64,000 nt of DNA from a virus, in the IMG/VR virus record IMGVR_UViG_3300035034_002581; one strand, 5' to 3'. The notes below the pieces were generated by a model that did no database searches, was not told the origin of the DNA, and saw nothing but the letters and a program-made list of their open reading frames with translations. The number at the start of each line of letters is the position of its first letter. Within the stretch, counting starts at the first letter, position 1. Of this stretch, positions 52,214 to 60,684 are shown in pieces. The translations under genes were made by a program, and so were the position numbers.

Positions 52214-52382
52214 TTTGAGCTACTTCCGCGATTTAGCATTACAGTTCTATATATGCACAATCTATGTCAAGTAAACAGTAAAGGCGTCCAAAGGTCAAGC
52301 CATCTCGCCCATCATTTGGTAGCTTCTCATGAATCTGGTATGTATCTAGATGGTTTTTTGTTCTAAAAACCAGTGGATACCA

Positions 52383-52414
52383 ATCAAAAAAAAGAAAAGC
52401 CCAGGAGGGGCTTT
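52383..52414 (-). terminator. Rho-independent terminator (AAGCCC-AGGAGG-GGCTT hairpin followed on minus strand by TCTTTTTTTTGATTG)
   Basis: GC-rich hairpin plus 8-T tract on the transcribed strand, downstream of 52546..52884. Confidence 0.6.
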
Positions 52415-52545
52415 TGGAGCACATATGTGCAGAAGGTTCTTGTGCTTAGAAAGGTTTAGAGTTCGTCGTTTTTGACTCTCTCCAGTCATCAAACCTCTGA
52501 TGAAATCAGCTGTAATATCTCTCGGACTTCATATTTCAATTCTCC

Positions 52546-52884
52546 TTACTTGCTTTTTTGTATCTGCAAATGAAGTATAAGACTGCCTTTGCCTTTGATC
52601 ACTCTATGCCACATTGCAGGTTCTATGTAAATAACGTCACCTCGTGATAAGTCAATAGGTAATTCATTGTCACTTTGAAACTGCCATCCATCGGATTGAA
52701 TAACAGTCAAAATTCTGCACTCACGATCTCGATGCCAAATCAAGTCGTCCTTGTCAGTTGTCTCAGAGAACTCTCTAATAACTTGACGTTCGCTTAGTGA
52801 CTCACAGAACACTGTCTCTTCAAATGGTATATCATCTATTACGCTTGTAGACACGTCAGTAACAGAAAATGTATTTGCTAACAT
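52546..52884 (-). CDS. Hypothetical protein (possible cupin fold)
   Basis: 112 aa; GDVIYIEPAMWHRV. Confidence 0.3.
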   Translation of the reverse strand: MLANTFSVTDVSTSVIDDIPFEETVFCESLSERQVIREFSETTDKDDLIWHRDRECRILTVIQSDGWQFQSDNELPIDLSRGDVIYIEPAMWHRVIKGKGSLILHLQIQKSK

Positions 52885-53520
52885 TTACCACCATCCCGGA
52901 ACGTTTCTACCAAAGAACTTTGTGGCTCTGCACGACCAGTATCCAGCCTTCGTTCTGTCCTTCTTGTCCGCGCAGTTGTGTCTCGCTCCGTAGCTCTTGC
53001 GTCGCTTCTTGTGCTCCTCGCTGTCGCCCATCGCATCCGACATTTCAGAGCCAAATTTTACCTTGATGACATTACCTTTGTCATTTTTAACATAGACGTA
53101 GGCTTTTCCAGAACCACCGCCTCTTTTTGGCTTGCCAAGCTCAACCTTTTTGCCTTTGTACTCTGCTTCGTTTAATTCGCTGTTTCGTTCAGAGTTTTGA
53201 TTTTCAAGCAGCGGCCAATCCAGAGGTACACGCTGTCCTCTATACATGCCCCAGTTTCCCAAATCTGTCTCGAGGAGTTCGACCTCATTGGGATTTGCTT
53301 GGTACTCGTTATTTTCCCATAGATTTCTAACTTCTCTAAACAGTGCAAAAAACTTTCCCGAACCGGGCCGGTAAATATTGTTATCAACAGAAAGCTCATT
53401 GATTAAATGATAGCGTAAGCCTTCTGACAAGTTTTTTGGGTTTTGATCGTTGAGTATCTTGTGTTCTGTCTCAATTTCTTCTCTAATAATTGCCAAGAGC
53501 TTTCTAGCTGCTATCTGCAT
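52885..53520 (-). CDS. IIKEEL-motif family protein (longer member, 211 aa)
   Basis: Starts MQIAARKLLAIIREEIETEH. Confidence 0.45.
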   Translation of the reverse strand: MQIAARKLLAIIREEIETEHKILNDQNPKNLSEGLRYHLINELSVDNNIYRPGSGKFFALFREVRNLWENNEYQANPNEVELLETDLGNWGMYRGQRVPLDWPLLENQNSERNSELNEAEYKGKKVELGKPKRGGGSGKAYVYVKNDKGNVIKVKFGSEMSDAMGDSEEHKKRRKSYGARHNCADKKDRTKAGYWSCRATKFFGRNVPGWW

Positions 53521-53659
53521 TATTTACCATCCTTGTCTACAATTCATAAATATGCATCAAGATTGATAACCAACAAGTATTATAGCGACAGCGCTGTCGT
53601 AGTAATATCGTCTAGTGACAAATCATCAATCACATTCTTTCATTACTTGAGATCATTGG

Positions 53660-53965
53660 TCATACTCCAGGAAGAATCTTTTCTAGTGTCAGGTTCAAAA
53701 AGTCAAAGTTCCGAAAACGGCCTGGCAGATCTTCTGTATCTCTAACGTCTTGCGGTGTGTTAAACGCAACAGTGTTCTCTAGGTTATTTTTAAGACCAGG
53801 CATGACAAATATTTCTTCATTCCAAGCGGCGAGAAAAGTTCCGTAGAACGACAAAGTGATCGCAACGTTATTGTATGAAAACACTCGCTTAAATATGGAG
53901 GTCAAGATCATAGACACTAGATGTGTGTCCTCATCGTTGTGCTTAAAGATCAATGTGTCGCCCAC
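53660..53965 (-). CDS. Hypothetical protein
   Basis: 101-aa ORF. Confidence 0.3.
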   Translation of the reverse strand: MGDTLIFKHNDEDTHLVSMILTSIFKRVFSYNNVAITLSFYGTFLAAWNEEIFVMPGLKNNLENTVAFNTPQDVRDTEDLPGRFRNFDFLNLTLEKILPGV

Positions 53966-54169
53966 AGATATTCTCTGGAGAATATGCTTATTACAGCTGT
54001 ATTTTTTTCGCTCACGCCAGAAGCAGAAAAGAAGACCTCAATAGCGCCTAAGCTATTGGATCTTCTACTTCTTGAGTGTGTTGACAAAAATGTATTTTTG
54101 ATCTTATAAGACATGCCCAAATTTTACAGCAATGGCACGAATTGTATCAACCAACGTCTAGATCAAAGA

Positions 54170-54496
54170 TTAGAGCGCAGGAACGTGGAAATTGACACGC
54201 TCATAGCCCATTTCTTCGACAGATGCAAGCGCCTGCTTAAACGTAAGAGTTCTTGCAGCTTGACGATCGTGACCAGAAAGCCAAACAGCAGGTATTCCAT
54301 CCTGGGGTATAATCACAATTGTGCCATTGTTGACAGCGTAAGTACCCGGAGTTTCGTCCTTAAGCATCGCAATAGACTCGTCTTGGTCCGGAAAACGATC
54401 TAGACGAGTAAATCCCGTAGGCACAGAAACCTCAGACAATACACGCTGGAGTTCTTCTCTAATAATCTGCTGAATTCTGGTCTTCTTGAGCTGCAT
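54170..54496 (-). CDS. IIKEEL-motif family protein
   Basis: Starts MQLKKTRIQQIIREELQRVLSEV. Confidence 0.5.
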   Translation of the reverse strand: MQLKKTRIQQIIREELQRVLSEVSVPTGFTRLDRFPDQDESIAMLKDETPGTYAVNNGTIVIIPQDGIPAVWLSGHDRQAARTLTFKQALASVEEMGYERVNFHVPAL

Positions 54497-54550
54497 TTGT
54501 ATTTCCTCACGATGTTAGTACTATATATGTTACAACATAAGCTAGTTAAG

Positions 54551-54883
54551 CTATGAAGCTATTTGTGTGATAACACTTGACATCAATAAATAAGACAAGA
54601 TAAAAGCATCAACATTCTCTCCTGTTGTAACAATCAAAAACACGTCTTTCGACATCAGGTCGTACGTAAGCGGAAAACTCGGATACATTCGACAACCAGT
54701 CCTCAACCCAATTTTCAGAACAATGCCCCATTGTTTTGATTTATCAGCTGGTCTCATTAGGTTTCTAACCTGTATTAAATCTCCGGCTCTTATAGACCCA
54801 CTATTGTTATGCACAACGTCCAGCTGTCGATATTGAGTATGTAACCAATCAAACCACTCACCATTGTGTTCGATTTTCGTCAT
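54551..54883 (-). CDS. Member 1 of tandem paralog array (GDLI...WGIV family)
   Basis: IRAGDLIQVRNL...QWGIVLKIGLRTGCRMYPSFPLTYDLM. Confidence 0.4.
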   Translation of the reverse strand: MTKIEHNGEWFDWLHTQYRQLDVVHNNSGSIRAGDLIQVRNLMRPADKSKQWGIVLKIGLRTGCRMYPSFPLTYDLMSKDVFLIVTTGENVDAFILSYLLMSSVITQIAS

Positions 54884-55389
54884 TGTGCACCGATGTGCCC
54901 TTTAAAACCGACGTGATAGGGCACATTTATTTCGACACAATTCGTAGGGAACGAAACTTTCCCGGCCAGCGTAAAAAATATGATCTGGCTCGTGCGTACA
55001 CTCAAAGCACGAAAAGAAATCAATGAGATTGGTTCTAGTGTACTGAGGCTCTCATCTGATGTAGCATCCGCTAAAACATCCGTTCTTCTCATCTCAAGCA
55101 CCATAAGCCAGTTTGGTTCATAGCCAAACATCGACAGAAAGTCGAAATTCCAGGAGGTAATAGTATTTGTTGTAAAGAGGTTTTTTGCATCATATTTTAC
55201 TGGCCACTCGGAAATTCTAAACATCGCATCGAAAACGAGCGGAAAAACTATTTGAAGCAAATCACCCTTATTGACCTGAACTAAACGTCGATCTCTGGGC
55301 GCAATATTGTACATTGTGTTGCCTTTTTCGACGCTCTTAGGCTCTTGAATCAGGATCGAGTCAAGCGAGTTTGTGACAAGGTCAATCAT
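54880..55389 (-). CDS. Member 2 of tandem paralog array (more divergent)
   Basis: ATGA start/stop overlap with neighbour; KGDLLQIVFPLV. Confidence 0.35.
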   Translation of the reverse strand: MIDLVTNSLDSILIQEPKSVEKGNTMYNIAPRDRRLVQVNKGDLLQIVFPLVFDAMFRISEWPVKYDAKNLFTTNTITSWNFDFLSMFGYEPNWLMVLEMRRTDVLADATSDESLSTLEPISLISFRALSVRTSQIIFFTLAGKVSFPTNCVEINVPYHVGFKGHIGAQ

Positions 55390-55688
55390 TTCGACACCAC
55401 TTCGAGATCAACCAGTTCGACGACAAAAAACATGTCCCGCTTTCCAAATTGACTGACAAAAGTGACAAACAGGTTTCGATTCATCTCGTCTAGTGTGAGA
55501 GGTGGGTCGGGATAGCGACAATGGGTCTTCACTCCGATCTCACACACAATACCAAGCCCAGCAGGCTTGAGAAGGTTCCAGTTGTACACAAAACGTATGA
55601 GGTCTCCGGGTTTAACCTCTTCACCGAACAAATATGCTGACTCGACATGGAGACAGTCATCAGTCAGCATGAACAACATCCAGGACAC
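55386..55688 (-). CDS. Member 3 of tandem paralog array
   Basis: KPGDLIRFVYNW...GLGIVCEIGVKTHCRYPDPPLTLDEM closely parallels member 1. Confidence 0.4.
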   Translation of the reverse strand: MSWMLFMLTDDCLHVESAYLFGEEVKPGDLIRFVYNWNLLKPAGLGIVCEIGVKTHCRYPDPPLTLDEMNRNLFVTFVSQFGKRDMFFVVELVDLEVVSK

Positions 55689-56103
55689 GCAAGTGATGCG
55701 TAAACAATTTGACGCGCGTATCTGCTTCCGGGAGATGCCCCGCAGTCAATATCTGGATAAGCTCAACGTTGAACACCGATCGACCATTACTGGCCATGCC
55801 GTTGAAGTAACTCAATCCAAACGAGTCAGCGTCAATCCCGGTGCAATGCTTTTGACAACCGAGCATGATACCCGAGATTTGGCGTCGCTCCTCGAGGACT
55901 TCCGGGAGACGCTGCTGATCAGACATGCTAGCCGGATAAAATTTCTGCTTGACGATCTCAAACCTGACAAAATCTCCGACACTGATTTTTTCAAACTCAG
56001 CCTGGTGCCGACCCAACGCATCAGATGGCCACTCAGAATCAACATGACGTGTGGCCGCGCTGGAGCGAACAATCAAGCAGAATTGATCTGAACGTTGTCT
56101 CAT
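55660..56103 (-). CDS. Member 4 of tandem paralog array
   Basis: ISVGDFVRFEIV...SGIMLGCQKHCTGI. Confidence 0.35.
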   Translation of the reverse strand: MRQRSDQFCLIVRSSAATRHVDSEWPSDALGRHQAEFEKISVGDFVRFEIVKQKFYPASMSDQQRLPEVLEERRQISGIMLGCQKHCTGIDADSFGLSYFNGMASNGRSVFNVELIQILTAGHLPEADTRVKLFTHHLRVLDVVHAD

Positions 56104-56576
56104 TTTTGACCTCCATTTTCCGAAGACTTGATGACATGGGCTACTCGAAGATATGCATTGTTCCAGGTCACCCGATGTTTGCTGCCAAGAAGGAGTCTAA
56201 GATTGTATTCGCCATTTTCGGATTTGGCAATCTTGGGATTGAGATTGAGATCGGGATTGTCATATTCAAATGAAAGAAAAATGCTGTGCACAATTCCCCA
56301 TTGAAAATTCAGCAGTCTTAGGCCTGCTGAATCTATCTGTCCTTTCTTAGCATTTCTAACAGCATTGTCCCACAGAGGGTCGTAGTACACGAAGTAGATC
56401 ACATCACCTTTCTCGACAACTGCCAGCTCATCAAGGTACGCATTTTTTGCACCCACAGTCTTTGTTAGACTTTCATCAACCAGCCTGAACTGAACTGCGG
56501 CTTTGGGCGAAGTTTGTGTCATGTCAAGTCTGTTCCATGAAAGAATAGAACTTCGTCCTCTCTGTAACCATCGCAC
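56100..56576 (-). CDS. Member 5 of tandem paralog array
   Basis: VEKGDVIYFVYYDPLWD...QWGIVHSIF. Confidence 0.35.
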   Translation of the reverse strand: MRWLQRGRSSILSWNRLDMTQTSPKAAVQFRLVDESLTKTVGAKNAYLDELAVVEKGDVIYFVYYDPLWDNAVRNAKKGQIDSAGLRLLNFQWGIVHSIFLSFEYDNPDLNLNPKIAKSENGEYNLRLLLGSKHRVTWNNAYLRVAHVIKSSENGGQK

Positions 56577-56726
56577 TTCACCATGTCTCCTTGCCGGAGA
56601 GAGAGGATGGGGTTGAACGTAAAGTCCCGCTACATGTCAGAAAAGAATACACTGGTGGGTGTGGGTGAGATAAGTCGAATTTCGATACTATTCTGCTACT
56701 ATTACTAATAACTTTAACTCTCTGCA

Positions 56727-57179
56727 TCACTCAACCCCAGACGTTGTGATTACTTTTGCAATGACAATATTTCTCAGGTATTTTCCGTCTATAATACCTG
56801 AGTTAGCGCTGACAAGTCGAGCAAAAGAGTAGGTAGCGACGATTGGATTTGAAATTAATGTGCTAGGCACCGCTGGGGGCATCCGTGGCCCCCGGTTCCA
56901 CCACGGCAAAAATACTGCTGTTAAGATACCCCAACTAAACGCAGCTGACTTGTTGATGTCGACAATATAATCCGATCTCGATTTGTTACGCTCTTTTATA
57001 GTGTAATAACTTGCTGTGTTTGCATAGTAAATTAAGTCTCCGACGAAAATACCAATTGCATTCGAGTGCTCTGGATCTTGATTAGTCTTCACATCACTCC
57101 ATGTTTGAATGTCGTCGTCTGGAAATATAACTCTGCGCTTAAAACCGATAAATTCGACGTTTGCAGTCTTTGAACTCAT
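56727..57179 (-). CDS. Member 6 of tandem paralog array
   Basis: IFVGDLIYYANT...SWGILTAVF. Confidence 0.35.
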   Translation of the reverse strand: MSSKTANVEFIGFKRRVIFPDDDIQTWSDVKTNQDPEHSNAIGIFVGDLIYYANTASYYTIKERNKSRSDYIVDINKSAAFSWGILTAVFLPWWNRGPRMPPAVPSTLISNPIVATYSFARLVSANSGIIDGKYLRNIVIAKVITTSGVE

Positions 57180-57631
57180 GATCTACTCTGCGGTACATGT
57201 GTCTTGATCAGCATATTGCCAAGCCTTTTAATGCTTTTTTTGCCGGTGACACTGTTGACAAAGATAATATGTTTGTGCTGTTTGTCCTGCGTGATCAGGT
57301 CAGTGAGCCTGCTGTTCCGAACAATTACACTGTGGACAATTCCCCAAGTTAGGACGGCTGAATCTAGACCATGGTAGATGAAGTCACGAAACCCGATGAA
57401 CTCGATCATGTCTCCCACAAAAATCCGAGGGAAATTATCATCACCAGGACATGACCCACCGCGTATTAAGTCGTCGAACTGTTTTTCGCTGCGAGTAAGC
57501 ACAGTAAACTGATCCTTTTTCCAAAGTTCTGGCGCAATCACATGTGCAACGAAAGAGTCAGTCAGCATTCCGTATCCTGTCCTAAAGCTTGAGAAGGTGT
57601 AAAGTGTACTCCTACAATCATTATATTGCAA
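57176..57631 (-). CDS. Member 7 of tandem paralog array
   Basis: IFVGDMIEFIGF...TWGIVHSVI. Confidence 0.35.
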   Translation of the reverse strand: MQYNDCRSTLYTFSSFRTGYGMLTDSFVAHVIAPELWKKDQFTVLTRSEKQFDDLIRGGSCPGDDNFPRIFVGDMIEFIGFRDFIYHGLDSAVLTWGIVHSVIVRNSRLTDLITQDKQHKHIIFVNSVTGKKSIKRLGNMLIKTHVPQSRS

Positions 57632-57761
57632 AAGTAAAAAGTGTTCAAATTTTTCTCGAAGAAATTTTTTGAGTTAAGCTCTAATGGAAAGTCGACTTGC
57701 GCAGAAAAAAGCCAAAGCCAAAGTGATTCAAAAAATTCTGTGCTGTGTGAGGGGGTCAGGG

Positions 57762-57952
57762 TCCCCACCACGCGCCCAGCAGCCCCCAGTGAGGTGGTAT
57801 AGGCCCTGGAGCGCCCCTACCCTTTCGCAGGGCGCCCTTAAGCATATAGATGGCCCCGCCCCCCAGGGCCCTATTGTACTGCGCAGAGGGGGCGGGGCCC
57901 AGGGCCCTTGCAGAGGGCCCTAGCGCCCTAGCCTAGCGATGCCAATCTGTTG
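57762..57952. repeat. 190-bp island of about 70% GC, low-complexity (GGGCCC / GGCGCCC / CAGGGCCCT repeats) in an AT-rich genome
   Basis: Direct inspection: gggggtcagggtccccaccacgcgcccagcagcccccagtgagg...ggggcggggcccagggcccttgcagagggccctagcgccctagcctagcg; marks boundary to GC-richer 3' region. Confidence 0.6.
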
Positions 57953-58145
57953 CTGCTGCGTGCGCATCTAGAAATTCTGTTTCTACCCAGGTCGCGCCGC
58001 CATCTACAGACATAACGAACGCGCCGTCTGATGCGCCTGCAACAAGTTCGCCTGCTTCTGTCTGCATCGTGTACAGGACATCGCCCGTAGATACCATCTT
58101 AAGCTGCACGCCGTTCATAAGACCATCGAGTTCTGTTGGTTTCAT
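57933..58145 (-). CDS. Small hypothetical protein downstream of promoter-leader cassette copy 1
   Basis: 70-aa ORF, ATG about 60 nt downstream of TATAAT. Confidence 0.35.
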   Translation of the reverse strand: MKPTELDGLMNGVQLKMVSTGDVLYTMQTEAGELVAGASDGAFVMSVDGGATWVETEFLDAHAAATDWHR

Positions 58146-58204
58146 GGGCAGAACCGTTCCATATTGCTGTTACCCTTCTTTTGTGCAAGAGGCGACTTGC
58201 CTCT

Positions 58205-58242
58205 TGTAAGTATATTATACCACTTGCTGCAGCTTTTTGCAC
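58205..58242 (-). promoter_or_regulatory. Promoter-leader cassette copy 1 (minus sense GTGCAAAAAGCTGCAGCAAGTGGTATAATATACTTACAAGAGGCAAG), extended -10 TGGTATAAT
   Basis: One of nine or more copies of a conserved about 40-bp element placed 15-60 nt upstream of minus-strand start codons; here followed by a leader hairpin CAAGAGGC/GCCTCTTG. Confidence 0.55.
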
Positions 58243-58333
58243 TACACTGGCAAAAGAATGCCAGTTGCTTTTTGCAGTTGCCAGTGCTTCATGCTTCATT
58301 GGCAGCTCGTATTCGCAGACATCGCCATCAAGG

Positions 58334-58726
58334 TCAGTGCCCTACAAGTGCGTCAATCTCCTTCCACTTTGGCATGCCAGTGATGCCCTGGTTGTGTCTA
58401 CTGGTTTCGCCGATCGGCTGGACCAGACCCTTGCAGCCTTCCTCAGTCAGTCGAATCCCGTGGACCCAAAGGTATGCACCGGCCCAACGCCATCCGTCTT
58501 CGTACCTCTTTTCAGCAGAGCATCGCTCATTAGGTCCGTCCCACATGAAGTTGTCATTCCAAGCCGTCGCCAATTCCCAGATTCGCTTGTGGTTGGGACT
58601 GATGCCTGATTGTGCGTACAAGGCAGCTCGGCTCTCACGCCCTCGACGAGTCACCTCACTACTGTCTGACATACATGATGTCCAGTCGTGTCTGCGGACG
58701 GCTTTCGCGTATGCTTGAATATCCAT
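58334..58726 (-). CDS. Hypothetical protein downstream of cassette copy 2
   Basis: 130 aa; AAGGAAGGAACATC ATG context. Confidence 0.4.
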   Translation of the reverse strand: MDIQAYAKAVRRHDWTSCMSDSSEVTRRGRESRAALYAQSGISPNHKRIWELATAWNDNFMWDGPNERCSAEKRYEDGWRWAGAYLWVHGIRLTEEGCKGLVQPIGETSRHNQGITGMPKWKEIDALVGH

Positions 58727-58752
58727 GATGTTCCTTCCTTGGTTCTTGCCTC

Positions 58753-58791
58753 TTGTAAGTACATTATACCACTTGCAGTGGCTTTTTGCAC
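58753..58791 (-). promoter_or_regulatory. Promoter-leader cassette copy 2 (consensus copy: GTGCAAAAAGCCACTGCAAGTGGTATAATGTACTTACAAGAGGCAAGAACCAAGGAAGGAACATCATG)
   Basis: TGGTATAAT extended -10 on minus strand at 58763-58771, followed by conserved leader and AAGGAAGG RBS directly before ATG at 58726. Confidence 0.6.
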
Positions 58792-58795
58792 ACGA

Positions 58796-59824
58796 TCACA
58801 GACCGAATGTCAGATCATCCAGGTAGTTGAAGAACCACTTTCGTGCTGCACCCTGGACGGTCGCCGTCACTTCACCCTTTTCAAGCTCGCTACACTCGAT
58901 CGTGTCAGTCTCTTCCTTCAACACGTCCTTGACAACCCATCCTAGGAACTTACCAGTAGACTTGCGATCGAGTGGTGCCTTCATCATCTGTAGTGCTTCG
59001 ATGCCTTGGTTGAGACGCGCTTCAGTCACAACTGCTGCAGTGAAGTCCTCAATCGCAGCCAAACGTTCAGGTGCGACAGGAATCTTCTCACGTGTCTTGG
59101 ACACCTTATGCTTCTCACCCTTGGTCTTGAACCAGACGTCTGACAACTCCCAACCTGGTGTGACGCATGTCCAGACAACTCCTTCACCTACACCCTTGTG
59201 TCCTAGTGCTGCAGCGATTGGGCATTCACGCTCAACACTGTCAGTCACGTGTGAGAGTTCGTCCACAGACAACTTAGGATCGTTGAAGTTGATGGAGGTC
59301 GTGAACGTCTCGAAGTGATTGACGTTCAGGAATCGTGGGTCTTCACTTGTGACATCACTCATGTCCTCAGCACTCATCCAAGTGCAAGTCTCTTCTTCAC
59401 CTGGGTTTACGCAGTCGAGAACAGCGAATAGTACGAACACCTTCTCATGTTGATTGATTGCAACACCCTTCTGAATGCCCTTTCCACACCATTCTCCGAA
59501 GTAGGTTCGCACTACATCTGGGTCATCATGAGGTACAGCCCAATCCAGATTGGATTGTGACATAAGACCTGCAAACTGACAATTGTCGTTCCCTACTGTC
59601 AGTTCGCGAGTACGACTCTGAAACTTGATGGGCTGGCCTCGCTGTACTACAACACCTACGTTTGTCCCATGCAGCTTTACAGTGCCACGGAACTTGAGTG
59701 TTGGAATCGGCTTTGTGTCGTCATACAGCGGTACGTCTTGTTCGTCACAACCTGTGTATGTTGCCCGAAGACGGACTGTGTTGACAGCATTTCGAAACTG
59801 ATTGATGGATGGAAACTTGTTCAT
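58796..59824 (-). CDS. Rnl2-family (T4 RNA ligase 2-like) ATP-dependent RNA ligase / nucleotidyltransferase
   Basis: Motif I KLHGTN (T4 Rnl2 KIHGTN), motif IV GEGVVW, motif V FKTKGEKH; 342 aa. Confidence 0.65.
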   Translation of the reverse strand: MNKFPSINQFRNAVNTVRLRATYTGCDEQDVPLYDDTKPIPTLKFRGTVKLHGTNVGVVVQRGQPIKFQSRTRELTVGNDNCQFAGLMSQSNLDWAVPHDDPDVVRTYFGEWCGKGIQKGVAINQHEKVFVLFAVLDCVNPGEEETCTWMSAEDMSDVTSEDPRFLNVNHFETFTTSINFNDPKLSVDELSHVTDSVERECPIAAALGHKGVGEGVVWTCVTPGWELSDVWFKTKGEKHKVSKTREKIPVAPERLAAIEDFTAAVVTEARLNQGIEALQMMKAPLDRKSTGKFLGWVVKDVLKEETDTIECSELEKGEVTATVQGAARKWFFNYLDDLTFGL

Positions 59825-59834
59825 CTGTTGTATC

Positions 59835-60038
59835 TCACTTTCTGACGTTACATGATGCCTGATGAAAGGAACATAACATGGTCGAGATCACGTGAGCTCT
59901 TGTAAAAACTTGGTTCACCACCGTACTGTGGAATTGAGTACACTTCGTAGTCACCAGTGGATAGGTTTTGGTAGATTTCCAGGCCGGCTCGCCGATGACG
60001 TCTTCGGGTACAATGAATTGGTACTTGTTCATGTCCAT
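59835..60038 (-). CDS. Small hypothetical protein (start placed at MDMNKYQ after RBS AAGGAAGGAACAAC)
   Basis: ORF-track start at 60080 lies within the tandem repeat in the 5' leader. Confidence 0.3.
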   Translation of the reverse strand: MDMNKYQFIVPEDVIGEPAWKSTKTYPLVTTKCTQFHSTVVNQVFTRAHVISTMLCSFHQASCNVRK

Positions 60039-60045
60039 GTTGTTC

Positions 60046-60093
60046 CTTCCTTGTTTATGTGCAACCTTGTTTATGTGCAACCTTGTTTATGTG
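60046..60093. repeat. Tandem repeat, 16-bp unit CCTTGTTTATGTGCAA x3, inserted in the 5' leader between cassette copy 3 and its ORF
   Basis: cttgtttatgtgcaaccttgtttatgtgcaaccttgtttatgtgtaag seen directly. Confidence 0.7.
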
Positions 60094-60109
60094 TAAGAGT
60101 TCTTGCCTC

Positions 60110-60148
60110 TTGTAAGTACATTATACCACTTGCAGCGGCTTTTTGCAC
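60110..60148 (-). promoter_or_regulatory. Promoter-leader cassette copy 3
   Basis: ttgtaagtacattataccacttgcagcggctttttgcac. Confidence 0.55.
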
Positions 60149-60648
60149 TCGACATGAATGTTATTGCAGGTACAACAACAAAAGCATCCAGAGAGTTCTT
60201 CTGATACACACTACATGGTTGCTGAATGTCAGGTCAGGACTTGTTCTTTCGTTTCTCTTCTCGTGCCTCTTGAATCGCAGTTGTTAGTTCATCGAGAAGC
60301 TCCTCTGCCAGCTCGAGAGACAACACCCAATCGAGCACCTCAATCACACCCACTTCAGAATCATAAGTCACTCCTGGCACCATGTCGCCACTCCTCATTC
60401 GTGTGTCTTGTTATACGATGCCAGGGCACCAACTACCGTTTTACTGCTAGACGCACGACGCACGAAGTCGAGGTTGCAGGTTGTATCTCACTTTCTGACG
60501 TTACATGATGTCTGACGCTAGGAACTCTGCATATTCCAGTTCACGTGCACTCTTGTAAAAAACCGGCTCACCAATGCACTCTTCTGTTGTGATGAACTGG
60601 TGTGTTCGCCTGTTTGGTACTGATGACATGATGATTCCTTCCTTGGTT

Positions 60649-60684
60649 CTTGTCTATTATATCATCTGCTGCTGGTTTTTGCAC
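60649..60684 (-). promoter_or_regulatory. Promoter-leader cassette copy 4 (degenerate: TATAATAGACAAG...)
   Basis: ttgtctattatatcatctgctgctggtttttgcac; followed by AAGGAAGGAATCATCATG of an unlisted 47-aa ORF (about 60486..60629). Confidence 0.4.

Noticed and set aside
54076-54105. Plus-strand TTGACA-18 bp-TATAAG promoter-like sequence
   Set aside because: The only downstream plus ORF (54113..54403) overlaps the well-supported minus-strand IIKEEL-family gene 54170..54496; probably a chance match in AT-rich DNA, or an antisense promoter at best.
57684-57923. Plus-strand ORF MESRLAQKK...GGGAQGPCRGP
   Set aside because: It lies entirely within the GC-rich low-complexity island and has Pro/Gly/Ala/Arg composition typical of GC-rich frame artefacts.
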